Assembly: GCA_004431415.1 (NCBI GenBank)
Contig: QPMI01000179.1
Coordinates: forward strand, 124,001-188,000
DNA: 64,000 bases
Reading direction: 5' to 3'
Source: Cyanophora paradoxa CCMP329
Taxonomy: Eukaryota > Plantae > Glaucophyta
Positions 11,128 to 23,565 of the stretch are shown here, in pieces (positions within the stretch are counted from its first letter, which is position 1; the number at the start of each line of letters is the position of its first letter). The notes below the pieces were generated by a model that had not been told where the DNA came from, searched no databases, and saw only the letters and a list, made by a program, of their open reading frames with translations. The translations under genes were made by a program, and so were the position numbers.

Positions 11128-11129
11128 CG
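10969..11129. repeat. (GA)n microsatellite with GC interruptions
   Basis: Direct reading. Confidence 0.98.
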
Positions 11130-14100
11130 ATCCCAGGGCTCCCTGCACACTGATTTGTATGGATAGGGACCCCTGTAAATTTTTGGGGGACAACAGGGGG
11201 AGCACTGACCCCAAACAAGAACCCCAAAAGAGGCACCCTTTTGCATAATTCAAACCTGACAGAGTGCTCTGAAGCACCCCAGGGCTCCCTGCCCACTGTT
11301 TTGTGTGGGTGGGGACCCGGGGAGGTTTTGTGGGACAACAGGGGGAGCGCTGAACCCAAACAAGAACCCCAAAAAGAGACACCCATTCACATTATCCAAA
11401 CCTGATTGAGTGCTCTGGAACACCCCAGGGCTCCCTGCCCACTGTTTTGTGTGGGTGGGGACCCCTGTGAGATTCTGGAGAGCAATAGGGTGAGCACTGA
11501 CCCCAAAACAAGAAACTAGAAATACAACACCCATTCTCCTAATGTGAACCTGACAGAGTGCTCTGGAACACCCCAGGGCTCCCTGCCCACTGTTTTGTGT
11601 GGGTGGGGACCCCTGTGAGATTTTGGAGAGAGCAATAGGGTGAGCGCTGACCTCAATACAAGAAACTAAAAATACAACACCCCTTTTCCTCTTGTGGACC
11701 TGGCAGAGTGCTCTGGAACCCCCCAGGGCTTACTACCCACTGTTTTGTATGGACATGGACCCCTGTGAGATTCTGGGGAGCAATAGCGGGAGCTCTGACC
11801 CCAAACAAGAACCCCAAAAAGAGGCACAAATTTGCATAAATCAAACCTGACAGAGTGCTCTGAATCGAACCAGGGCTCCCTGCCCACTGATTTGTATGGA
11901 TGTGGACCCCTGTGAATATATGTGGGACAACAGGGGGAGCGCTGAACCCAAACAAGAACCCCTAAAAGAGACACCCATTCACATTATCCAAATCTGATTG
12001 AGTGCTCTGGAACCCCCCAGGGCTCCCTGCCCACTGTTTTGTGTGGGTGGGGACCACTGTGAGATTCTGGAGAGCAATAGGGTGAGCATTGACCCCAAAC
12101 AAGAACCCCAAAAAGAGGCACACATTTGCATAATCCAAACCTGACAGAGTGTTCTGAAACATCCCAGGGCTCCCTGCACACTGATTTGTATGGATAGGGA
12201 CCCCTGTAAATTTTTGGGGGACAACAGGGGGAGCACTGACCCCAAACAAGAACCCCAAAAGAGGCACCCTTTTGCATAATTCAAACCTGACAGAGTGCTC
12301 TGAAGCACCCCAGGGCTCCCTGCCCACTGTTTTGTGTGGGTGGGGACCCGGGGAGGTTTTGTGGGACAACAGGGGGAGCGCTGAACCCAAACAAGAACCC
12401 CAAAAAGAGACACCCATTCACATTATCCAACTCTGATTGAGTGCTCTGGAACCCCCCAGGGCTCCCTGCACACTGTTTTGTGTGGGTGGGGACCCCTGTG
12501 AGATTCTGGGGAGCAATAGGGGGAGCACTGACCCCAAACAAGAACCCCAAAAAGAGGCACACATTTGCATAAATCAAACCTGACAGAGTGCTCTGAATCA
12601 AACCAGGGCTCCCTGCCCACTGATTTGTGTGGCTGGGGACACCTGTGAATTTTTGGGGACAACAGGGGGAGCACTGACCCCAAACAAGAACCCAAAACAG
12701 GCACCCATTTGCATAATTCAAACCTGACAGAGTGCTCTGAAGCACCCCAGGGCTCCCTGCCCACTGTTTTGTGTGGGTGGGGACCCCAGGAGGTTTTGTG
12801 GGACAACAGGGGGAGCGCTGAACCCAAACAAGAACCCCAAAAAGAGACACCCATTCACATTATCCAACTCTGATTGATTGCTCTGGAACACCCCAGGGCT
12901 CCCTGCACACTGGTTTGTGTGGGTGGGGACCCCTGTGAGATTTTGGAGAGGCAACTGGGGGAAGCCCTGACCCCAAAACAAGCAACAAAAAATAAAACAC
13001 TCATTCTCCTCATGTGAACTTGACAGAGTGCTCTGGAATACCCCAGGGCTTCATGCCCACTGTTTTGTGTGGATGGGGACCCCTGTGAGATTTTGAAGGG
13101 GCAACTGGGGGAAGCGCTGACCTCAATACAAGAAACTAAAAATACAACACCCATTTTCCTCTTGTGGACCTGGCAGAGTGCTCTGGAACCCCCCAGGGCT
13201 TACTACCCACTGTTTTGTATGGACATGGACCCCTGTGAGATTCTGGGGAGCAATAGCGGGAGCTCTGACCCCAAACAAGAACCCCAAAAAGAGGCACAAA
13301 TTTGCATAAATCAAACCTGACAGAGTGTTCTAAATCAAACCAGGGCTCCCTGCCCACTGATTTGTATGGATGTGGACCCCTGTGAATATATGTGGGACAA
13401 CAGGGGGAGCACTGACCCCAAACAAGAACCCCAAAAGAGGCACCCATTTGCATAATTCAAACCTGACAGAGTGCTCTGGAACACCCCAGGGCTCCCTGCC
13501 CACTGTTTTGTGTGGGTGGGGACCCCGGGAGGTTTTGTGGGACAACAGGGGGAGCGCTGAACCCAAAAAAGAACCCCAAAAAGAGACACCCATTCACATT
13601 ATCCAAACCTGATTGAGTGCTCTGGAACACCCCAGGGCTCCCTGCCCACTGTTTTGTGTGGGTGGGGACCACTGTGAGATTCTGGAGAGCAATAGGGTGA
13701 GCACTGACCCCAAACAAGAACCCCAAAAAGAGGCACACATTTGCATAATCCAAACCTGACAGAGTGTTCTGAAACATCCCAGGGCTCCCTGCACACTGAT
13801 TTGTATGGATAGGGACCCCTGTAAATTTTTGGGGGACAACAGGGGGAGCACTGACCCCAAACAAGAACCCCAAAAGAGGCACCCTTTTGCATAATTCAAA
13901 CCTGACAGAGTGCTCTGAAGCACCCCAGGGCTCCCTGCCCACTGTTTTGTGTGGGTGGGGACCCCAGGAGGTTTTGTGGGACAACAGGGGGAGCGCTGAA
14001 CCCAAACAAGAACCCCAAAAAGAGACACCCATTCACATTATCCAACTCTGATTGAGTGCTCTGGAACCCCCCAGGGCTCCCTGCACACTGTTTTGTGTGG

Positions 14101-15090
14101 GTGGGGACCCCTGTGAGATTCTGGGGAGCAATAGGGGGAGCACTGACCCCAAACAAGAACCCCAAAAAGAGGCACAAATTTGCATAAATCAAACCTGACA
14201 GAGTGCTCTGAATCAAACCAGGGCTCCCTGCCCACTGATTTGTGTGGCTGGGGACACCTGTGAATTTTTGGGGGACAACAGGGGGAGCACTGACCCCAAA
14301 CAAGAACCCCAAAACAGGCACCCATTTGCATAATTCAAACCTGACAGAGTGCTCTGAAGCACCCCAGGGCTCCCTGCCCACTGTTTTGTGTGGGTGGGGA
14401 CCCCAGGAGGTTTTGTGGGACAACAGGGGGAGCGCTGAACCCAAACAAGAACCCCAAAAAGAGACACCCATTCACATTATCCAACTCTGATTGATTGCTC
14501 TGGAACACCCCAGGGCTCCCTGCACACTGGTTTGTGTGGGTGGGGACCCCTGTGAGATTTTGGAGGGGCAACTGGGGGAAGCCCTGACCCCAAAACAAGC
14601 AACTAAAAATAAAACACTCATTCTCCTCATGTGAACTTGACAGAGTGCTCTGGAATACCCCAGGGCTTCATGCCCACTGTTTTGTGTGGATGGGGACCCC
14701 TGTGAGATTTTGAAGGGGCAACTGGGGGAAGCGCTGACCTCAATACAAGAAACTAAAAATACAACACCCATTTTCCTCTTGTGGACCTGGCAGAGTGCTC
14801 TGGAACCCCCCAGGGCTTACTACCCACTGTTTTGTATGGACATGGACCCCTGTGAGATTCTGGGGAGCAATAGCGGGAGCTCTGACCCCAAACAAGAACC
14901 CCAAAAAGAGGCACAAATTTGCATAAATCAAACCTGACAGAGTGTTCTAAATCAAACCAGGGCTCCCTGCCCACTGATTTGTATGGATGTGGACCCCTGT
15001 GAATATATGTGGGACAACAGGGGGAGCACTGACCCCAAACAAGAACCCCAAAAGAGGCACCCATTTGCATAATTCAAACCTGACAGAGTG
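11130..15090 (-). repeat. ~147-bp satellite array with 1617-bp (11-mer) higher-order repeat
   Basis: Private variant TGATTGATTG at 12871 and 14488; ORF-track pairs 12855/14472 and 13123/14740. Confidence 0.95.
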
Positions 15091-15114
15091 TACAAAACTT
15101 CCTGCCCCTTGAGG

Positions 15115-15240
15115 GCGGAGACCTCCGTGAAATTTTGTAGGACATGGGAGGGGAGGGGCGCGATCCTGAGCAAGAAATCGGGGGTGGAGACCTCTGAAAA
15201 TTTTGAAGGACATGGGGGGGGGCGATCCTGGGCAAGAAAC
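15115..15240. repeat. ~70-bp dimer repeat
   Basis: GGAGACCTC..AAATTTTG..GGACATGGG..CGATCCTG..CAAGAAA occurs twice. Confidence 0.75.
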
Positions 15241-15360
15241 ATGACTGTCAGTGCCTACCTGTTCTGTGAGAGCACTGGGGAGCTCACCAGGGAATCTGCA
15301 CTCAGTCAGGGAACCATAATTTCGCTGGCAGAGGGCTCTGTCTTGGAGTTGGGCCTCACA

Positions 15361-16311
15361 TCAAAAAGGCGAGCAAGTAAATATCCGACAGTGCTCTAGT
15401 TCGTGAAGCCCAGACCATGTAACAACACCATCTCTTTGATTTGGCAAGTCAACTGAACGGTAAGAACACACGTGCCTCTTACCTCCCATTATGCAGGAGC
15501 GACGCAAATGATCTAAGCTCCAGAATGCAGGGTGAAGGTCCGAATCATTGAATGGATGCCTGAAATCTGGAATGTAGCGAGCACCATACGCTCGTCCTCC
15601 CCATTTTTGACGCACATACTCACAGCTATCTGCTCGAAATGACATCTGGAGAGCATCAGCTGCTGAATCAATACCCATGGATCTTGCAACCCATGTGCCT
15701 GCTAAACCTGGCACTGAAACATTTCGATGCATGAAAAATCCACCCTCTATTACAAGGGACATTCCGTTCGCAAAGAGACGGGCCTCGTACTCAACGTCTT
15801 CACAATACACTGGAAAAATGTTTTCATCAAAAATACCAAGGCGGTGAACCGCTGCAGCCGTCAATGCGAACGCTGAGAAGTGAATGTTTGACAGAATCAT
15901 AGCGACATTCGAATCTTCTAGAACAACTCTATCTACACGTGCTGCAAAATCCTCAAGAGATCCTTTGGGAAACCAGGAATCGCCGTTGACAACAAGCCAC
16001 CATGCTGAATGTGGAGATCTAGACAGCATAACATTCCACGCCCCAGCGCAGCCGATATTCTCTGCAATGTGAATTATAGTGGCCCGGGGATGAATCGTGG
16101 CTACGGTCTCACGTGCAGACCATAACGACGAATCGCTTCCAGAAGTAAGGACAATAAGGTCATCAAAATCGCAGTCGATTGACTGGACAGCGCGAATCAA
16201 GAATTCGCCCTCGAATGACGCACTAATCAGTATTGCAGGAACTCGGCACGCCCTCGTGTTGACAGACGAGAGAAGCACGAGCGCGAGAACGAGTCTGAAG
16301 GGTGAGCACAT
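15361..16311 (-). CDS. Glycosyltransferase, GT2-like (GT-A fold), N-terminal signal/anchor, intronless, 316 aa
   Basis: NIGCAGAWN, WWLVVNGD, FDENIFPVYCEDVEY motifs; hydrophobic N-terminus; intact ORF. Confidence 0.85.
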   Translation of the reverse strand: MCSPFRLVLALVLLSSVNTRACRVPAILISASFEGEFLIRAVQSIDCDFDDLIVLTSGSDSSLWSARETVATIHPRATIIHIAENIGCAGAWNVMLSRSPHSAWWLVVNGDSWFPKGSLEDFAARVDRVVLEDSNVAMILSNIHFSAFALTAAAVHRLGIFDENIFPVYCEDVEYEARLFANGMSLVIEGGFFMHRNVSVPGLAGTWVARSMGIDSAADALQMSFRADSCEYVRQKWGGRAYGARYIPDFRHPFNDSDLHPAFWSLDHLRRSCIMGGKRHVCSYRSVDLPNQRDGVVTWSGLHELEHCRIFTCSPF

Positions 16312-16339
16312 CGACAGCTAATTCGGACCAAGGGAGTCA

Positions 16340-16560
16340 GCTGTTGCCTCTCCTATTGCTCAAGGGACCCCAGTAAGAATTTGAGGGGCGATAGGGGGAG
16401 CCCTGAACCCAAACAAGAAATCAGAAAAGAGACATGCCTCCTCGTCATTCAAACCTGCTAGATTGCTCTCGTGCACCCCAGGGCATCCAGTCCTCTGTCA
16501 TGTGCGGGTGCGGACCCCTCTAAGGTTTTGGGGGCAAAGGAGGGAGCACCAAACGCAAAC
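16340..16560 (-). repeat. Diverged ~147-bp satellite monomers in the intergenic region
   Basis: GGGGCGATAGGGGGAGCCCTGAACCCAAACAAGAAATCAG etc. Confidence 0.8.
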
Positions 16561-16649
16561 GATATACTGGCGGAAAAGAGGAGCCTATTGGTCACCCCAC
16601 GAAAGAGGAGCCTATTGGTCACCCAACGCCTTGTTAAAAAAATTGTTTT

Positions 16650-17740
16650 ATGAAATTGTTCAAACAGAACAACATTCCATTCATTCTTTTGTTGTTATAT
16701 TTATCGCAGGCGTCGCTCTCCAGAATTCCCAATTCTGTTCACTTTGTTTGGGCTTGCAGCTCAGAAAACTGTGACGGTTTTGGATTTCTAGAAGTGTCAG
16801 CACTGAGAGCAGCGAAATCAGTTTTTCCGGAATACAACCTGTACTTGCACGTGTCGCCATTAAAAAACTTTCCACGAAATAACTGGACGGCGGCGGCTGG
16901 CCTCTACGCATCAATCATGAATGTTGATCAAATTTCGAATACAGCAGTCCAGCATGTAGAGCACAAGACCGACATACTACGTCTGGAGCTTCTGGTTCAA
17001 TTTGGTGGCGTGCTTCAACTAATTTCCTAGTTTCTGACTCTAACATTCATACATGTAGGGGGGGTGTACATGGATCTGGATCACATCTCGATGAAGAGTT
17101 TGAGCGAATTTCTCGAAGGTGCCAGTGTTGTGCTGTGCAGTGCCTACGAGGGCGGGATCTCCAACGGGGTCTGTAATCGTGATTTGCCTCCTCTCTTGCC
17201 TCCTGATTTTATATCCGTGCAGTTTATTGCAGCTGAAAGAAATAATTCTTTCATCCGAGAGTGGTTGGACCAGTACTTGTACTTCAACGACACAGACTGG
17301 GATTTTTTCTCTGTTCGTCTCCCTTTCGAGGTACGCCTCATGGGCCTGCCCTGGACCTGCGTCCTCTAAAGATCTGAAGTTACTGAAAACTGCGCATTTC
17401 ACTGCTGGAAGGATTTTGATTCTCTCCTGGAATACAATGCTGTACCCTGGAGCATTCTACGTGAGTAAATCTCCTCAAATCTTTTGCTCAGCCTAAATAA
17501 TCAAACATTCAGATGCCACTGATGTACGAATTCCTAGTAGATGTAAGCGAGAGCTATGCAGTTCACTTCTATTCCCCTGGAAGAAAATTTGTAAATGACC
17601 GTGTATGGGATGTGCTGTGCCTCCCACGAAACACAACTGCGAAGTTTGTTTTGCAAAACTTATGGCAAAACTCTTTTGAATGTGACTCGAGGTCAGCTAC
17701 CATGAAATTTGAGTTTCTGGTGACATTTTCCAGTAACTAG
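16650..17740 (+). CDS. Glycosyltransferase GT32-like (DXD sugar-binding), 5 exons: 16650-17004, 17059-17168, 17223-17330, 17380-17460, 17513-17740; ~293 aa
   Basis: RIPNSVHFVW, HKTDILRLELL..FGGVYMDLD, SNGFIAA after splicing; four GT..AG introns of 54/54/49/52 bp keep frame (intron 3 acceptor least certain); CTAAC branch site in intron 1. Confidence 0.85.
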
Positions 17741-17856
17741 TGTTCTCAAAGGGGCCCCCACCCACACAAAAACAATGGGCAGGGAGCACCGGGGTGTTCC
17801 AGAGCACTCTGTCAGGTTTGCATGACGAGGAGGGGTATCTCTTTTCTGATTTCTTG
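17741..17856 (+). repeat. ~147-bp satellite fragment (forward)
   Basis: CCCCACCCACACAAAAAC..CAGAGCACTCTGTCAGGTTTG. Confidence 0.85.
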
Positions 17857-18289
17857 TACAATAACAATCAGGGTCAATCATATTAATCGGGACAACAGGG
17901 ATGTGCCTTAATAGTAAGACATATCTATCCGCACCTACAGGCCAAGGTATGCATTGCACATACAAAATGCTGTCCTAAACTTCGCCGTCACTGACGGCGC
18001 GCCTCTGCCCACCTACCCCCCCCCCCGACTCCCCCTACCCCCCCTGAATCCCCCCCAGGGCGGATGGTGATCGTGACTCAGTACGCGACAGGGGGGCACC
18101 GCCCGGCCACCTGATCTAGTGACAACTCTCAGCAGGTTCGAGCACGGGCAGCATCCGCTGATGCACACATAGTGGAATTGACACACACTCTGCACACGCC
18201 TAATGATTGCAACACATCTTTTCCTTCAGGCACCGTCTGGCCATTTATGCCAAACAGATTCTTTGGATGCAATTTCTTGTTGTCAAAAA

Positions 18290-18500
18290 TAATACGTGCT
18301 GCTCCTGCGATGAAAGAATAGTTGATTTAAGATGATCCGGTACGCAAATACGGACAAGTTTGTCCGAAGGCCGAGTGTGGACGAGAACGCCATCTTGCAC
18401 AGAAAACTTGCCTCTCTTGAGTTGGCGTTCGGCCTCCTTGTTGACACCTTGTGGTTCTGATGGGTTGCGGCCAGAAATGATCAAAGAACACTTAGGAGAA
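18290..18500 (-). mobile_element. Gypsy pol fragment (RNase H-integrase linker)
   Basis: KFSVQDGVLV...VRICVPDHLKSTIL. Confidence 0.7.
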
Positions 18501-18502
18501 CA

Positions 18503-18912
18503 TGTTTACCCGTCATTTGCAAGAGTCTCGTGTATTTATTCCAAAAGCCAGTTCAAGCCCCCAACTGACTATCACCCACCAGGCACAGAGCTATGCTACG
18601 AGGGGGAGTTTGGGTTCGATATACAACATTTCGCTCCGTAGTTGAGAGGGCCACGTCCTCGCTGGCCAACTCAATCACGCTCAACGTAGGGGATGAGACG
18701 ATCAGCGTGAACCGTAACCTGGTCACCGGTAGAATAGCCAAGCTTGTTGTCACCACCAACAAAATGAACCACGTAGGACACACCATGTCCACGAGAGGCA
18801 TCAGCAACGATCTCCCAAAGACCAGTGAACTTGGGGTCCATCTTGCGCAAACGAGTCGAAGGGGTCTTGACGCAGACCAGTTCACCTTGAACGAACAACG
18901 GGTCACCCGAGG
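18503..18912 (-). mobile_element. Gypsy family E 3' end: integrase GPY/F tail plus ~126-bp LTR (18628-18503)
   Basis: KMDPKFTGLW...VHADRLIPY*; pre-LTR motif homologous to family A; LTR TGTT...AACA containing AATAAA. Confidence 0.75.
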
Positions 18913-19698
18913 GTGAATGATGAGGTTTGTGGTTTAGAATCCACAGAGAGACCCAATTTAAATGATAACTCCTTTGATAAAATTTTGATTATTCGAGTTA
19001 AAGAGCTGAGAGCTGATAAGAACTCTGGTGTGGTTAAAACAACTCGACTTCTTGTCACAAATGCTAACTTCTTTCAGCCTACTAATGGAGGTCGTGATGC
19101 CTATGGGCATCCTCTGAAAGCTCTTGATTTTGATAAAAACACTGCTGCTGTAACTGTGAGATCAGGAGGAGCTTTCATTGGTGGTGGCTGTCGAGTGTCT
19201 GGTCTTTTCTCTGCATCAGTTTCGTATAATGATGTCCCAGATCCCTCTGATACACCTGAAAACGTAGACAACCCCCAAAGAGTTCGCCTATATAATCCAA
19301 TCGCTCAGCAGCCATTTATAAATTTCTATCTCACAACAGAAGTGACCCTTGCAAACTCAGATGCTTTCTTGGCTGTCACAGGTGAAAGAATCGTGAGAGA
19401 TAAACCAATCCGCAAAGCTAAGATAGCTCTTTGCCAACCAGGAAATAGCCAAGCAGGCAATAAGTATCTGTTCTTTGTTTTCCCAGTGATGGACTATGGA
19501 CAGGGATTCTGCTCTTTAAATGCAGATGGTGTTACATATGACTTGAATGTCAACAAAATAGGAGCCTATAATATTCAGATGGTGGGGCTGCGAACTGATA
19601 TTGCTGCTGTTACTTCTCTTCGAGGCTTCAATGCTGCCAACATTATTCAAACAGGCAGATACAATGAACCTGATGTAATTGACACACCAACAGTTTAA
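18913..19698 (+). CDS. 5'-truncated AT-rich orphan ORF, possibly a viral structural protein
   Basis: 261 open codons, T/A-ending codon bias unlike flanks, beta-rich composition; no motif recognised. Confidence 0.45.
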   Translation: MNDEVCGLESTERPNLNDNSFDKILIIRVKELRADKNSGVVKTTRLLVTNANFFQPTNGGRDAYGHPLKALDFDKNTAAVTVRSGGAFIGGGCRVSGLFSASVSYNDVPDPSDTPENVDNPQRVRLYNPIAQQPFINFYLTTEVTLANSDAFLAVTGERIVRDKPIRKAKIALCQPGNSQAGNKYLFFVFPVMDYGQGFCSLNADGVTYDLNVNKIGAYNIQMVGLRTDIAAVTSLRGFNAANIIQTGRYNEPDVIDTPTV

Positions 19699-19806
19699 TT
19701 AAATTGCTGCTGTTACTTCTCTTCGAGGCTTCAATGCTGCCAACATTATTCAAACAGGCAGATACAATGAACCTGATGTAATTGACACACCAACAGTTTA
19801 ATTAAA
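19601..19806 (+). repeat. Exact 103-bp tandem duplication of the ORF 3' end
   Basis: TTGCTGCTGTTAC...TTTAATTAAA at 19601 and 19704. Confidence 0.95.
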
Positions 19807-19869
19807 TGTCTGCTTAATGCAAAATGGCAGCACCAACACCAATAGAACTAATTAAATGTCTGCTTAATC

Positions 19870-22800
19870 CCGCCGGCCCCTGCCCCAAAGTCTCTGTGCT
19901 CGCCTATGCCGATGACACAACCATGCTTGCCAGCTCGGCTCAGGGTCTCCAACATATGCTCGACTGGCTGTCTGAATTCTTACACATTCATGGCATGAAC
20001 CTAAACGCAAAAAGACGGAAATATTTCACTGGAAGCCACCATGATCCGAAGAGCCCACCAATAGCAAATATTACGTCCGGATTGGTGGCACTCGGGCTGA
20101 GGTTGGCCACGTTCTCTCCCCCACCTCGCCCTTCCGGGTCCTTGGCGTCCAGTTCACTGCCAACCTGTCTTGGACCCACCAAGTCCGCCTACTCAAATCC
20201 CAGCTCCAGTCAGCAATCTCGATCCTAGCCACGAAGAAGATTACCGTTCACGAATTCCAAGTGATTTTACACCGGGTTCTATTTCCTAAACTGGCATACC
20301 CCCTCCGTATCATGACCTTAACGCCATCCCAATGTCAATCCCTCGACGCTGTCTGGCTCAGCGCGGCCAAACACACTGCCAACTTGGCCCAATCCGTCTC
20401 CACGGCTGCATTCTCTTCCATTTATCGCCTTCCCTCCATAGCAGTCATCCAACGCCAACAGCAGTGCGTCGACGAGCGCCTCCGCCAGGAACTCGCCTCC
20501 CACACATCATCACTCTACGGCCAGATATACCGGCAACGTGTCCTCGACACCCAGGCCCGGTACGGGCTCCCTCTTCTCCCCCACGAATATCCGAACCTCC
20601 CCTCGGGGCCTCTTACACTACAAAAAAATATCACGCTTGCCATCACGGCAGACCTGACCTCCACCTCCCATCACATCCTCACAACGTGCGATTCCTGGAC
20701 GCACGGCCTCCCCTCCCGTCGGTCCCATCTCCGACGCGAGTATATTATATCATCGCAATTGACGCCCCTCACCCTCCAACAAGCCGGACAACGACTCTAT
20801 CGCTGCGGCCTCCTCACAATCCGTGACATTACGGCCTCTGACGGCTCCCTTGCTGACTGGTCCCTCCTCTAGAGTCATGGCCGTGTCCCGGCATACTACA
20901 AACGTGCCCCCTCCTGGTGGGACGCGGTCCGCGAAGAACTCTCTCTCCCCCGCCTTTCCACCCGGTCCCCTTTCCTCCCCTGATACCCTCTGCCCCCGCC
21001 GCCCTCCATCCCAGACATTCGTCGCTCTCTCCAAGCCAATGCCGTCCTTGCGGGACTCAAAATTGGTGACTTTGTCTGGACATCCCAAGGCCTAGTTGGC
21101 CGCGTCGTAGGGAAACCCCCTATCCCGGACGAAAACCCGGACGAACTGGCTTCCGAGGACTCCGACGCGGACCCTGACTGCTCCCGAGATTCAGAGTATA
21201 ACTATGGGGTGGAACTCGTCCATTACTGCCTCATCCCGTACGATGAACTTTCCGCGCGCGACCCCCGTCTATCGGCTCTTGAACTCGACCCCGCCTGGCG
21301 TGAACGCAAACTGGAATTCCAATTCTGCCCTCACCCAAAGTATTGCGGCTCTGAACAGCTTCATCGCGAACTGGGCCTCTCTACGACTGCTTGCCGATGG
21401 GTCGAGTACGCATCTCACGTTCGGCGAATTCCAGCAAGCTCCTCGTGCGAATCGAAGGGCTGGTCCCCGAGCCTCTCCAACCTAAATAGGCCGGCTCCCA
21501 CCTGCTCCCGGCAGCTGCCCGACTCCACCTCTGCTTTCACATGTTCCCACTCCAGAGGGCAGCAGACCACCCGCTCTCAGCCCACACGAGCAGCTAAAAA
21601 GGCCCGCCTTGACCCCTCCTCCGACACCTCCTCGGCCCAATATGACCCCGAACTTCCCCCTCCCAACCTCCCCCGCGAAATCACACATATTGGCTTCATC
21701 GATCTCTGGCTCCGGGAAACTGACTGGTGGGACTCTTTCCGCGCGGAGGCCCAGGCCACCAATGTTGCCCTCGAGCGACGCCCACGTCCGATGACCCCTG
21801 CCTCACAAGCCGACCGTGAATTCTATGAATCTTCGGCCGGGCTCGACTTTGTCTTCGCCACCTCTCGAGCCCTCTTTGCCGAGCTCTGCCCTACGCTCTG
21901 TGCCCTAAACTCCCCGCCCCCTCCCCCCGGCCCTACTCCCCGGGTAATATACACGGACGCCAGCACACAAAAACAGGGCTCTGCCTCTGTCCGAACCACC
22001 TACGCTGGCCTTGCACCTCTCGAAAATAATCCCGACCTGCCTGACAAAATCGAGTTTGCCCGCCGCCTCCCCGGCGTCCAACACAACGTGAACCTGGGAG
22101 AGCTAGCAGGCGCGATCTCCGCAGCATTCACGTACTTCGGGCCCGTGGGCGGGAAAATTATCACGGACAGTCAGAACACTATCGGAGCCCTGACAGCTTT
22201 CGCCTTTCGAGACCCTTCATCCTTCTCCCATCCCATCAATTTCCGCACCCTGCTCCGCTGAGAAGACGGGGCCTTTCTCCTCAACGCTCGAACGCAATAC
22301 GCCATCCGTATTGCCCAAGACCCGAACTTCCAAGTCACGCTACAATGGGTCCCCTCTCACCAACCAAAGACCATTCCGCGGCCGACTCCACCGGCTCCGA
22401 CCCCAACGACGACCCGCCGCCCGGCCCCCTCCTCCCCCCGCCGACCCCGCATCCCCCTCAGCGGACCAGCTGCCCTCCTACCTACTGCCCCGCAGACGTT
22501 CCCTGCCTCGGCTCCTTACCACTATATTGGTGGAATGGACATCCCTGATGCCCGACTCCTTTTTTCGGACGACTCCTCCCCGCGCCTCCCCCCGTCACTC
22601 TTCTCGTCCCTCTTCCCGCCTCGCCGGCACCTTGGCACATATATTCTAGCTGACAGCCCCGCCGACTACAATTTCCTCCGATGCCAAGCGGACCTCGTTG
22701 ACTATGTAGATGCCTCCGAGACTACCAACACCCACCTGGCCCTTGACCTCGTCCCCCTCGCGTCCGCCAGACTTGAACGCGCCTTCACGGCGGCGGAAAC

Positions 22801-23563
22801 CGTCATCTGGAACCGCTGCATCCGACTTCCCAAAGATCATACTCTTTTTCTCTCCGACGAACACCTGACCATTGTCTCGGACTGCGACATCCTCCGCGCC
22901 TACTCCGCTTTCCTTGAAGCCTTAGGACGCAGAGACATCACCCACAACATCTCCTTCCAGTGCTGCTCCCCTCCCAACCCAATCTTCCTTCAACCACTCC
23001 CCGAGGATGCCCCTGATGCTGACTACCCTGATCCCGGGCCTACAAGGAAACTTGTCCTCGACTACTACTTAGCCCATCCTAGGGCTTCCGGCCCCGCCTG
23101 GAATTTCTACCAAACTTCCCTCTGCAAACCTGCTGTCCCTGCCGACTGCGACACGCCTCTTCCCGCCTGGTACTGGGACGAGGATCTCACACTCGCCCCC
23201 ACCTCCCAGACTGAGGCTGGCACCCCTCTGGTTGCGTACCACCGTTGCGACCCTGGCATGTGGGGCATCCCTATTTCCTCCCTGATCGCAGAACAATGGG
23301 CACGGGGACCCGCCCTGTCCTGCCCGCACTGCCACCCCACTCCCGCTCCGCCTGGCCCCCCACCCACGTTCCCTCTCCGCGACCAAACCGGCGCCCTTCC
23401 TGTTTTATTCGAACGCTATGGACGCCGAGCCATCCCCTACTCAGCTGCCATCGATCCTGACGGCCCCCGGTATGATCGCCGAGTACTTCCCCTCCTCGAC
23501 GGCATAAAATCTCGCCTGGCCGCCCTTAAAGCGGCCCCCCTCTCCCTCATCAACCCCAACCCT
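19870..23563 (+). mobile_element. Degenerate LINE ORF2: RT C-terminal half, RNase H and long C-terminal region
   Basis: LAYADD at ~19900; RNase H VIYTDAS..GELAGAISA..IITDSQ..LQWVPSH (21945-22360); C-rich sense strand; stops and frameshifts. Confidence 0.88.
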
Positions 23564-23565
23564 AG

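Noticed and set aside
10853-11386. ER/SL-repeat proteins
   Set aside because: Translations of the (GA)n microsatellite
8784-15242. Dozens of 60-260-aa ORFs in satellite (also 23.6-30 kb, 32-35.8 kb, 58-64 kb)
   Set aside because: Overlapping in all frames on both strands, broken by monomer indels; a by-product of stop-poor repeats
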